Position numbers and translations under genes: made by a program. Positions 35,301 through 47,032 of a stretch of 64,000 bases of DNA are shown here, piece by piece. The stretch covers positions 744,001 to 808,000 of the forward strand of contig MU057651.1 in assembly GCA_013265495.1 (NCBI GenBank). Reading direction: 5' to 3'. The first letter of the stretch is position 1. Every line of letters begins with the position of its first letter. Under the pieces are notes generated by a model. It did not search any database and had not been told where the DNA came from. It saw only the letters and a program-made list of their open reading frames with translations. This stretch comes from Vicugna vicugna (Eukaryota).

Positions 35301-35544
35301 GGCTTGCAGCGACTCCAGCTGCCCACCTAAGCAGCTGATCTATCCGTTTCTGTATCTTAAGCTCTTTCCCACTGAGGATCTGAATGCACAAGGGGCCTCT
35401 GGGAAATTGGTAATCCCTGATACTCATCTTTGCCTCAGCAGGTTTCTTTTTTGTGTCTCGTTTGGCCTGAGATGAAATAATGATTTCAGTTTGTTACTAC
35501 CAGTTTTTCAAGATTCCTCATTTATTTACAAGATCCTGAGATCT

Positions 35545-35585
35545 ATCTCTCCCTCTCTCTCTCTTTTGCTCTCCCTCTCTCTCAT

Positions 35586-35617
<32 letters not shown>
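35545..35617. repeat. Compound (CT)n/(CA)n microsatellite
   Basis: Read directly from the sequence. Confidence 0.9.
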
Positions 35618-35619
<2 letters not shown>

Positions 35620-37339
35620 ACCATCTCCAAATGTCTCCTTTTCTGAGATTGCTCTTTGTCAAAACCCAAAAACCTTCCACTTTGAGGAGTACGCCTTCAT
35701 TCAAGGACAGGGATTCTCCATCTGCCACCACCAAGCAGCCCAGAGCTCCACCACTTACCCCAAACCCTCTCCCCAGCACAGGAAAAAGGTTCTTGCAACA
35801 TGGAGCAGAGCCAAGTGAGCTGAGAAAATGAGCCAAGTACGGAGAAATTAAAGAAAGTTCTGCTGACTAAGGGGGAAAAGAAATTAATCAGGAAATCTTA
35901 AGGTCACTGCAATCTCTTTGATTGCATTAACATCTAATAGCAGAAGACTACAGATTGATTAGTGCTAGATCGGGGGCGGGGGGCGAGGATGGAATGACGC
36001 TGGAAGTGTAGTGCCCGGAGCTGCATCTTCCATACGGAGCATTAATGCCTGCAGATGAAGCCAGATCTCCCACTTCCTGGGCCATGCACATTCCCTTAGA
36101 ACCCACTTCACCCCTAGACCTGTATCAGGCCATGTAGGTAGCAAATACCTTTCATTCAATTGCCCCCTTGTACATTATGCCCATCCTTCACGCTAGATCA
36201 CGCTCTCCCTTTCCTCCAAATACCCTTTCCTTGGATCACCTAGGGAAGGTTTCTGAAGAATGAGTCCCTCATGCTGATCCAGGTAAGTCTTTGGGGCCTT
36301 GCTCCACCAGCTCTGATTCTTACTTCCTAGAGCTCCTTGCCCCTTGCTCTTAATGTGCCCACATTGCCAGTAGAGGAAAGGAGTCCACCTTTTTCAATGA
36401 CAGGTTGGGGACCTGCCCTCCATAAGCAGAAGACGCCACACCATGGTAGTTTTGCCTCATTCCAGCTGGCAAAACATAGCGACCAGAACCGCATGGGGCC
36501 TTTTAGGAGGTTACCTAATGTGGCCAAGCACATGAAAGGCAATATCAATCAATAGCAATTGCAGCTCCAATTTCAGCTCCAACCATGTGCCAAGCAGAGG
36601 GCTAAGTGCTTTATAGTGGTCACCTCATCTAATCCTTGTAGGAAGGCAGGCAGGACTAGTATCACCATTTCATAGCTGAAAAAAATGAGGCTCAGAGACA
36701 TGAAGGAACTTGTTTGAGGTCCCACGGCTAGAAGTGAGCAAAGCCAGGATTTTAAAGCCACACCTGTCTGACTTCAGAGCAAGGACCCCTTACCAGCTGA
36801 GTGTGCCGTGATGGAGCCAGACACATCTCTGTTTTCAGCCTGTCTTCCCTTCACAACACATGTATCCAAAACCATTGTGATGACTCCCAAATGCCTGACT
36901 CTAGCCTTGACCTCTCTAGTCAGCTTCAGTCTTAACCAGCTCCTTTCTACTGGATGGATTCTTTCCACTTCCATCTCCTATTCAAACTTAACATGCCTAA
37001 AACTTATTGTTTCTTCCCAAACAGCTCCCCGTCTAGATTTTCCAGGCTCCTAACTTCAGGACCATCCCCAATTCTCTCTCTGACCACATCTAGTCAGGCA
37101 CCAAGTTATGATGATTTTTCTTTCTACAGCATTTCTTGAATGTACCCTTTCTTCCATTTCAAATGCTCCTTAGACACCTTTTGAGTCAATTAACCCCCCC
37201 CCTCCACACACACACACACACATCTCTCACAGTTCCCATGGGTCAGAAGTCCAGACACGGTAGGTATGGCTGAATCTTCTGCTCAGGGCATCACTAGGCT
37301 GAAAAGATGTCAGCCAGGCTTGTGATTCTCATTCAAAAT

Positions 37340-37860
37340 TTTATTAATATAAAATGTAAAAGTGTAGTATGAAGAATTTCCATATACTCTTCACTCAGAT
37401 TCTTCAAATGTTAACATTTTACAACATCTGCTTCATCCTTTTCTCTCTTTTTGTACATATTTATATTCACAAGCACTATTATTTTTCTCTGAACCATTTG
37501 AGAGTAAGTTGCAGACACTGTGCCCTTTTATCCCTAAATAATTCAGTGTATATTTCCTAAAACACACACACACACACACAAAGGTATTTTCTTATATAGC
37601 CAGTACAATTATTAAATCAGGAAATTAATATTGATGTAACACTATCATCTAATCAAAAGAATGTGTTTCAAATTTCATCAGTTATCCCAGTAACATCCTT
37701 TAGAACAAAAAAAACACAAAATTTATCTGGTATAGGATTCAAACATGGATCAATTCTCGAATTTAATTATCATGTCTCTTTAGTATCCTTTAACTGGAAA
37801 CAGTTCCTTGGTCTTTCTTGTCTTTCATGACCATGAAATTTCTGAAGAAGACACTGGCCT
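37340..37860 (-). mobile_element. Old L1 (L1MC-like) 3' fragment, preceded by an MLT1 fragment (~37222-37335, minus)
   Basis: 'cttcactcagattcttcaaatgttaacatttt...gaaccatttgagagtaagttgcagaca...aaatcaggaaattaatattgat'. Confidence 0.75.
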
Positions 37861-38066
37861 CTGATTTTTGAAACACTTTACCTCACAGTGGACAGAAGAG
37901 CAGAATATTCCATAACTTCCCAACTATAGAATCATCAAACATGGAAGGAAACTGAAAATAACCTATTTACTCATCTGGATCCCAAGCTGTTTTCATGCAC
38001 TCCTGAAAATGTTATAATTTACTCAACATCTTTCTTTAAATTAGTTCACTTTGTGAACTTAACTAC

Positions 38067-38605
38067 TGTGGTAGACAAAATTCTAAATATGATCTCCAGT
38101 GACCCTTGCTTTTGTATAATCCTTTTCCCTTCGAGTGTGGGTGGAACTATCAATTTGATGAGAAATCACTCCAACGATTATATTAGAGTACAAGCAAAAT
38201 GGAGATTGCCTGGATGAGCTTAATCTAATCATATGAACCCTTTAATAGCAGAGAGTTTTCTCTGGCTAGTAAGCAGGAGAGGAAGTCAGAGATTTGAAGC
38301 ATGAGAAGGATTTGACATGCCAGGTTTCTAGGTCACTGGCTTTGAAGGTGGAGCAGGCCATGTAAGAAGAAATGTGGGCAGCCTCTAGGAGCATAGGGAC
38401 ACCTGGCTGACAACCAGCAAGGAAGTGGGGACTTTAGACGTATACCTTCAAGGAACTGAATTCTGCCAAAAACCTGAATGAGCTTGGAAGTAGATTCACT
38501 GACAGAACTTCTAGGTAAGAGCCCAACCCAGCTGACACCTTGAACAGAAAACCCTGTCAAGTCTACCAGGACTTCTGACCTACAGAACATAATGGAGATG
38601 AAAAA
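38067..38605 (+). mobile_element. MLT1E-type MaLR LTR, 3'-truncated
   Basis: 'tgtggtagacaaaattctaa...gcagagagttttctctggct...caaggaactgaattctgccaaaaacctgaatgagcttggaag...ggacttctgacctacagaac'. Confidence 0.85.
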
Positions 38606-38629
38606 ACAACAGGCTACACTGAAAATCCA

Positions 38630-41512
38630 AAGTATCAACAGGCTACACTAGAAAAATGATACGACCATGTCAATTGATGCAGGAAAGCATTTGACAAAAT
38701 CCAACACCCATTCATGATTTAAAAGAAAAAGGAAAACTCTCAGAAAGCTAGGACTACAGGAGAACTTCTTCATCTTGATAAAGAATATCTACAAAGACAA
38801 AAAGTAAACAAACAGGATCCCCACAGCTAGCTAATTGAAGCAAGCAATATCTAAAAAGGATTATATACCATGACCAATTGGGATTTATTCCAGGAGTGTA
38901 GAGTTGGCTTAACATCCAGAAAACAATTAATGTAATGTAGCACTTCAGTAGAAAAAAGGACAAAACCCACATGCTTATCTCAATAGACACAGAAAAATAC
39001 ATTTGACAGAATTTAACACCCTTCACCATAAAACATTCAACAATCTATGAAACTGAAATTAAAAATACAATATCATTTTCAATCACTCAAAAAAATGAAG
39101 TACTTAGATTTAAATCTAACAAAACCTATACTTTGGACTTGTATGCTAAAAACTGAAAAAACAATGATGGAAGAAATCAAAGGTTTAAATAAATGGATAG
39201 ACATACTGTGTTCATAGATTGGGAAACTCCATATAGTGAAAGGGTCAATTCTCTCAAAATTGATACACATGTTTAATGCAATTCCTATCAAAATCCCATC
39301 AAGATTCTTGTGAATTTAGGCAATATTATTCTACCAATAAATTTGGAAAGACAAATGACTTAGAATAGGTAAAAATTTTGAAAAAGAATAAAGTGAGAAG
39401 AATTGCTTTACCCAATATCAAGACTTACTATATAATTTCAGCAATCAAGAGAGCATCATATTGGCAGAAGGAAAGACACAAAGATCAATGGAACAGAACA
39501 CATAAACCAGAACTAGAACCACACAAATATGCCCAACTGATTTTTGACAAAGATGCAAAACAATTCAATGGAAGAAAGATAGCGTTGGCAAGAAATGATA
39601 ATGGAGTAATTTGACATCTATAGGCCAAAAAAAATGAACCTTGACCTAAACTTCACATCTTATACAAAAATTAACTCAAAATAGGTCATAGATTTTGTAC
39701 AGTTTTACAAACTATGAATGGTTTATAAAAGACTTTTGAAAGAAAACATATGAGAAAATCTATAAAAGAAAATCAATATATTGGACCTCATAAAAATGAA
39801 AACTTTACTCCATGGAAGATTCTGTTAAAAGAGTAAAAAGACAAGTTAAATCTGGAGAGAAAATCTTTTCAAACCATGTATTTGACCAAAGACCAATATC
39901 TAGAATATATGAAGAACTCTCAACAGTAAAAAAACAGAAAATTCAATTAGAAATGGGCCCGAGACATAAACTGGCATTTCCTTGAAAAGGATGTTTAGAT
40001 AGCAAACAAGCACATGAAAAATTGTTCAACATCATTAGCCACTAGTGAGGGAGTCACAAAATGGCTTCCCTGATCCTAAGACAGCTTACAGAGTTCATTG
40101 TGATTAATTTGTTTTCTTGCAGTTCTTTCTGACTGACTAACCTGTTTTACTCCTTGCTACTGCTATTGTTTAACTTGATTGAATGATTAAGTGCTCAGCA
40201 ACCCCAACCCTATGATTTATGCCCTACCCTAAATAACTTATATCCAAAACCCAGAAGCTATTTTCCAGAAAGAAGGACATGGAATGGTTAACACTGAAGG
40301 AGTGGTCGGATCCTCTAAGAGCCCCCGTGACACCCAAGGGGTCAGACCTGATAATGTCAAGGCCACAGGCAATGACGTACTTAACAGACCACCAGAAGTT
40401 CCCGAGACACAAGATAAACTTTTGTAAAAGATTATTGTTCATTATCACTGATATACTCTGTCCCGTTTGCCTATATAATCACCAAGCCCCAACCCAAAGA
40501 TGGATTCATAGTTTCCAACGCATTAGCTTGCTATGACTCCCCTTTGCTGGGCAAAGCAATAAAGCAGCTTTCTTCTTTCCTCCCCAAACTCTGCATCCGA
40601 GTTTGAATTCACTTTTTAGGGTGCAGAGGCTGATTTTTAGGCAACACTAGGAAAATGCAAATTTAAATTGTCAGATATCACTACACACCTGGTGAAAATA
40701 AAAAATAAATCAGTGGCAACACCAAAGACTGGCAAGGATGCAGAGAAACTGGATAGCTCATCTAGTACTCATGAGAATGTAAAATGGTTCAGCCACTCTG
40801 GAAAAGTTCAGCAGATTCTTATAAAACTAAACACGCATTTACCTTATGACCCAGCATGCATACTCCTGGACATTTATCCTAGAGATGAAAATGTCTGTCC
40901 ACACAAAAACCTGTACATAGTTGTTCATAACAGCTTATGTATAATAGCCCAAAACTAGAAACAGCAAAAATATCCTTCAATAAGTGGATGATTAAACAAA
41001 CTCTGATCTATCTATATCATGAAATACTACTCAGCATTAAAAAGGAATGAATTATTAATACATGCAACAACTTGGACGGGTCTCTGGGGCGTTATGCCGA
41101 GTAAAGAAGTCAATCTCAAAAGGTTACATATTATATTATTCCATTTATATAACATATTCAAAATGACAAAATTATAGAGAAGGAAAATAGATTAGTAGTT
41201 GCCAGAGGTTAGGGATGAAGAGGAGGGGAAAGCGGAAGAAACTATTTGGAGGTAGCAGGAGGGAGATCTTTGCTGTAATGGAATAGTTTTGTATCTTGAC
41301 TGTGGTGTTGGGTACATAAAACCACACATGAGATAAATGGACATAGAAATATACACACACATTGTGTCAAAGTCTATTTCCTGTCTTGATATTGTACAAT
41401 GGTTACGTAAGGTGTAACCCTTGTGGGAAATCAGGTGAAGGGTACACAGGACCCCTCTGTAATATCTTTACAACTTCCTGTGAATCTATAATTATTTAAA
41501 AGGTAAAAGTCT
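38630..41512 (+). mobile_element. Old L1 (L1MC/MD-like) ORF2 pieces and 3' UTR, interrupted by a solo LTR
   Basis: ORF2 remnants (two separate IDAEKAFDKIQH-like segments; LPNIKTYY...KDQWNRT...YAQLIFDKDAK); 3' end 'gtgaagggtacacaggacccctctgtaatatctttacaacttcctgtgaatctataatt'. Confidence 0.9.
40046..40646 (+). mobile_element. ERV1-type solo LTR (601 bp)
   Basis: TG...CA termini; 4-bp TSD CTAG (40042-40045 / 40647-40650); TATATAA at 40472-40478; AATAAA at 40558-40563; flanking L1 is contiguous. Confidence 0.9.
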
Positions 41513-41519
41513 AAAAAAT

Positions 41520-41772
41520 TGTGGCTGATATATACATTTTGTTTGGCATTTAAAAGAAAATAGTTGTTGAGAGATTTTGTAGAAACAACTGGATTTCGAT
41601 TTTCTCTTGCAAAGTCCTGAGACATGGAAACCCTGGCCCACATTCCCAGACTTTCCACTGCTCTTTCATGGGGGAATTGCTCTCTCCAGCCATCACAGTC
41701 CTCACCCAGATCCTGGCAGTCATTTATGCTACTGGCCGGGCCCCCGAAGTCATTTGAGTTTGTGACCTCTGG
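41520..41772. mobile_element. MER102-like hAT element
   Basis: 'ctggatttcgattttctcttgcaaagtc...ggcccacattcc' and end 'gaagtcatttgagtttgtgacctctgg'. Confidence 0.55.
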
Positions 41773-42010
41773 TTATGCCTTTGTCCCCAATCCTATGCTT
41801 GTCTGAACTTTTACCTATTTCTATTACAGCCCTGCCCCAAAGGAACCCTGCATCAGAAGCCTCCAGTTCAGGACAGATACCTCTAGGCCTCACATTTCTC
41901 TTATCAGCTCTGACTCCCCTCCCTTGTTAGTCCCCAGTCTGTTTCCTTTTGCCCACTTTCCCCAAGCTTTGTTCTGGTTCTTGCCCCTTAAGGGAAACCT
42001 TTAAGATATT

Positions 42011-42130
42011 AGTGGTAGAGTGCATGCTTCGCATACATGAGGTCCTGAGTTCAATCCCCAGTACCACCATTTTTAAAAAATAATAATAATAAAATTTAAA
42101 ATTAATTAAAAATTAAAATTTAAAAAGTTA
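42011..42130 (+). mobile_element. 5'-truncated vic-1-type SINE with AT-rich tail
   Basis: 'agtggtagagtgcatgcttcgcatacatgaggtcctgagttcaatccccagtacc'. Confidence 0.85.
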
Positions 42131-42144
42131 AACACTTTTTTCAA

Positions 42145-42210
42145 CTATACTGTACACCAGAAATTAACACAACATTGCAAATCGACTATACATCAATAAA
42201 AAGAAAAACA
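42145..42210 (+). mobile_element. Short L1 3' terminal fragment
   Basis: 'ctgtacaccagaaattaacacaacattgcaaatcgactatacatcaataaaaa' closely matches the L1 tail at 46747-46800. Confidence 0.85.
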
Positions 42211-42869
42211 AGATCGGGATCCAGGCTGCCTCACTCTGGAACTGGGCTTCTTAACCACAGTGCTATAGGTCTCCTGTCTTTCTGTGAATGGAAGCTGGTT
42301 TTCTTGTTCCCAAAGCCTGGTGCTGAGGCTGAGCAGAGGGGGAAGGGGACAAGATAGCCTGCTGGCCTTCCCACGCCCTCGGGCTCAAAGCAGCAACCTC
42401 CAACCAGAGAAGGGGCGCTTGGGGGTATCTCAAATCAGTTTTGATCTCCTGCTTAGGGACCGTGGGCTTAAGCTTCCAGCCCTTTGACTCTCAGTCACTT
42501 TGACCTGTCCCAGAAGAAATGCCACCTGGATTTTCTGATTTTCCTCTACCCCATTTCTACTTCAGGCCTTCTCAAGGCCCCCATGGCCTTCAGGGCAGTC
42601 AGCCTCACACCGGCCAGAAGAGACAGCTGTCTGAGGCCAGCCCCTTTGTTCAGGAGAAGCTGGTCAATCAGCAGTAATCCCTGATTCACAGTGATAATCA
42701 GCTCCCTGTCTGGACAGTCAGGGCTGGGCAAAATAACAAGTGGCGCCGCACCTGTTCTGGGGGTCTGGCACTCGGAGAGCAAGCTGCTATGAATGGCCCA
42801 AACCCCCACCCGGGCAGCAGCTGCAGCCTGGAATCGGGGCTTTGTTAGCATAAGAATGGAGCCGGCCAC

Positions 42870-42895
42870 GCCAGCCAGCCAGCCAGCCAGCCAGC
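42870..42895. repeat. (CCAG)6 tetranucleotide repeat
   Basis: Read directly from the sequence. Confidence 0.95.
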
Positions 42896-43257
42896 TTCCC
42901 CTTCTCCCTCCTCCCCAGCTTGCCTCGAACACCAAATGGGCCACCCTCATTGTGAGCAGACTGGCTTTGCGTTTCTATTCTCAACGGTGCTGATCAATTT
43001 TTCATTTAGGGGAGAAAGAGCACCTTCCTGCTTGAAAGAGCAGACTTGGCCCAGGTGGAAGCAGAGTCTGTTGATCTCACTACTCACCGAGTTCTCACTC
43101 TCAGATGGGGTTACCCTAGTACAGGACACTAGGAGGCACACCGCACAGAGGATAACACAAATGGTGCCCCCTGGAGTTGTGCACAGTACAGGCTGTGTGG
43201 CCCTGCTTCAGGGACAATTGGAGACCAGAGAGTTCCTATAGAAAGGCCTCTGGCCCC

Positions 43258-43408
43258 TTACTACCCCATGTGGTCCATGGACTTGCGACATCAGTAGCAT
43301 CCGGGAGCCTGTTGGGAATGCAGAAGCCCAGGCCCTACCCTGAGTCAGCAACCTGGTTTTAGCAAGATCTGGTGAGTCAGCGGCATATTAACGTTTGAGA
43401 AGTACTGG
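43258..43408. mobile_element. MER5A MITE
   Basis: 'tgtggtccatggact...gggagcctgttgggaatgcagaagcccaggccctaccc...tttgagaagtactg'. Confidence 0.75.
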
Positions 43409-43449
43409 GCTAGAAAACAAGGCTCTGAGTTTCCAATTCTTACAGACTT

Positions 43450-43690
43450 GAAAGTGTTAGAGCTTTTGAAATCAGAAAAATCATAGTTCAAATCTTAGCT
43501 TCATCGATTACTAGGTGTGTGACCTCAACCAAGTCACTTAACTTCACTGAGCCTCAGTTTCTTCATCTGTAAAAGGGCAAAAATGATAATCATGATAGGG
43601 TTACTGTGAGGATAAATAACAAAAATGTTTATGAAAGTCACTAGCATACTGCTGGTGTATGGTCATGTCGCAATAAAAGCTAGCTCTTAT
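43450..43690 (+). mobile_element. MIR SINE
   Basis: 'gtgtgacctcaaccaagtcacttaacttcactgagcctcagtttcttcatctgtaaaa'. Confidence 0.9.
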
Positions 43691-46149
43691 TTTTATTTTG
43701 CCCCCCTGATAAACAACACTATTCTGCCAACTTCAGATGATTCAGATGTTGCCTTGCCCAGTTGTAGATTCATCAGGAATTCTTCTTCTGCTGCTGTTAT
43801 GGGAACTTAAAGCAGTATGTTTAATTAATAACACCCCACATCTATATAGAACTTTGAACTTTTCAAAGCATTTCCACACCCACTATCTTCCAGCATCAAA
43901 AACTCAGGGTACCAGAGCTGAAGGGAATCCTAGAGATCATCTAGTCCAACAGTCTCCTTGTTCCAATGAAGATAGTTCAGTGACTTGCTCAAGTCACACA
44001 GTACATTGGGAGGTGCAATCGGCATTGAAACCTGATTCCCAGGTCAGTGCTTTTACTATTAAGCAGTGTGAACAAGAAGGTTTGCTTGGGGCAAAAGGAC
44101 ACTAGAGGCACAAGTCAAGCCAGGGTGTGGCTACAGATGACTCACCCATGAACATTCTCTAAACTAGGCAAATTAAGACGATTTTACAGCATGGGACTGG
44201 GAACCACCAGATTTGTCAATGCCAAAATTCCCTTTATATAAGTGAGAATGTGCATGTTCCTTTTTCCTGAAGGCAGCTGAAAAGCCTTCAGCCCGAACTC
44301 AATCCCAGTCTGGAAGAACGAGTAAGGGCCATTGTCCATGAGCTGCTCTGAGAACTAAGTTCATGGGAAATCAGTTCCCACTGACGCCACAGCATTGGGG
44401 GCTGGATAGGGTGTCTTAAGGTTCTCCGAGTTCTGAGAAAGGGAACAGAACTTCATTTCACAAAGTAAACATGTAGCAATCTTTGATTCAATGAACTCTT
44501 CTGTAGCTTTAAAAAAGACTCTTTAATCATCTGGAAGGGTATTAGAGATAATGTCAAGTAGAAAAAAATGCAAGTTAGGGAACAGTGTGTAATTTAATAT
44601 CTGAGGCTGACCAGGCATGGAGGCCACGGGTGTTCTTCAGGCAGAATTCTTCCATTTTCGTGTCTATGACAGGCACTAGCAACCCTGAAGGGAAGAGGAA
44701 GGGCCTTAGAACCCTCACCAAGAGTCACAACAAGCTGTGAGAGCCCTCAGTCTGGGCCTTGGCAACCAAATGAACACATCTGGAAGGGTCAGAGTTCCTG
44801 GATACAAGCTCTGTGAAGCTTTCATACTCCTGACATAAGAAATACTCTTCTATTCCAGATAAACAGTGAACTTGTTAAAGTTTGTTGGGGAGATCAAGGT
44901 CAATGGCATTCCAATTTTCTTCTGGCTTCACTCGAATGGAAAATGTCTTACATTGCCCAGGAATGATAAACAGACACAGAGCATGGTTACCCTAGTTAAA
45001 TTCAAGAGTTTGGCCCGGGAGTGTAGCCCACTCAGCACCCTGCCCCTCACCTTCACTCCAGAACACACACAGCGATCCAAGAAGTATAACTTGAACATCA
45101 CTGCTGTTAAGTCCTGGGGAGTTGTTGATGGCATATGAGCAGGGCAGTAACATGGTAAGTTTTCAGGGTAGCAGGATTATTCAGGTTTGGAAGACAGCTT
45201 TAAGGAGGCTGCTACAGAGCCAGGCACTCCAGTTAGGAAGATATTGTAATGGTCCAGGTGAGAGACGATGGGAACCCAGAGACAGGGCAGTCAAGAGGCA
45301 AAGGAGCCAAGAGATAAGAGATGTTTGGAAGATAGGCTTGGGAGGAACTGGTAATTGTGGAAAGTGAGGGAGAAAGAGAAATCTTGGATGACTCAGGTTT
45401 CTGATTTAGTGGAGCCGAAGTATATAAAAGGTCACATTCAGTTTTGGACCCATTGAGTGGAATTTCTAGGCAGAGACAGCCCATGGGCTGTTTTATAGAT
45501 GGCTCTAAGGCTCATGAGAGAACTCCGTGGTGGGCAGTTATAAACACATAGGTGATAGCTAAAGTCGCAGGCATGGATAAAATTTCCAAGAAAAATGTGA
45601 AGTAGTGAAAAAAGAAAGAGAAAGAGCTTCCTGGGAACACTTATATTTTGGGTCTAGGAAAAGAAAGAAAAGCTCAAGCAGCAGCCAAACAAGTAGGAGG
45701 TGAATCAAGAAAGAACAGTGTCATGGAATTCACTGGAGAACAAATTTTCAGGAAGACAGGCAGTAAAAATTAATGACTCAGAAATACCAAGTAAGTCAAA
45801 GACTGAGAAATGTTCATTAGATTTGTCAGTTGAGGAATCACTGGTGTCCATGGCAAAAGATGTTTCAGGAGAGTGATGAGGACAGAAACCAGATTCCAGT
45901 GGACTGTGGAAGTGAGTGGAAGGAGAGGTAATGAAGACAGGCTACGTACACTCCATGTTCAAGAAGCTTGGCTGTGAAGAGAAAAAGAGACAGAGGGCAG
46001 TTGCTGGACAGGGAGGATATAGGGCTAAAGAGGAGGTTTTTAAAGGTAAAAGAGACAGTAGGCATTCTGAAGGGAGCCAATGGTAAGTAAGATGCTGAAG
46101 GTCCATGAAATAGAGGAAAGTTTTGGTAGAGGCAGAGGAGACAATAGAA

Positions 46150-46817
46150 TCTGTGCATATATCCGGAGGAAATTCTAATTCGAAAAGATACATGCACCCC
46201 AATGTTCACAGCAGCACTATTTACAATAGACAAAACATGGAAGCAACCTAAATGTCCATTGACAGATGACTAGATAAAGAAATTGTAGTGTGTGTGTATG
46301 TGTATATATATATATACACACACACATACATATACATATAATGGAATACTACTCGGCCATGAAAAAGAATGAAATAATGCCATTGCAGCAACATGGATGG
46401 ACCTGGAGATCATCATTCTAAGTGAAGTAAGTCAGACAGAGAAAGATAAACACTATATGATACCACTTATATGTGGAATCTAAAAAATAGGACACAAATA
46501 AGCTTATTTACAAAAGAGACAGTCTCACAGACATAGAAAACAAATTTATGGTTACCGAGGGAATGGGGGTGGGGAAGGATAAGTTAGGAGTTCGGGATTT
46601 GCAGATGCACACTACTATATCTAAAATAGATAAACAACATGGTCCTATTGTATAGCACAGGGAACTATATTCAATATCTTCTAATAGCCTATAATGAAAA
46701 AGAATATGAAATGGAATATATATATATGTATAATCAAATCAGTATGCTGTACACCAGAAATTAACACAACATTGTAAATTGACTATACTTCAATAACAAA
46801 ATAAACAAATAAATAAT
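46150..46817 (+). mobile_element. 5'-truncated artiodactyl-type L1 3' end
   Basis: 'gatacatgcaccccaatgttcacagcagcactatttacaatag...gcagcaacatggatggacctggagatcatcattctaagtgaagtaagtcagacagagaaag...gactatacttcaataa'. Confidence 0.95.
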
Positions 46818-46833
46818 AAAGACACTGCAGTGA

Positions 46834-47032
46834 TGAGGAATATGGGATTAACAGATACAAACCACTATACAAACAACAGATAAGCAACAAGGATTTACTG
46901 TATAGCACAGGGAATTATAGCCAATATCTTATAATAACCTACAATGGAATATAATCTGCAAAAACCTTGAATCACTATGCTGTTCGCCTGAAACTAACAC
47001 GATATTGTAAGTCAACTATACTTCAATTAAAA
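46834..47032 (+). mobile_element. Second short L1 3' end (different subfamily)
   Basis: L1 tail 'tgggattaacagatacaaaccact...gtcaactatacttcaattaaaaaa'; 16-bp TSD with 2 mismatches (46818-46833 / 47033-47048). Confidence 0.9.
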
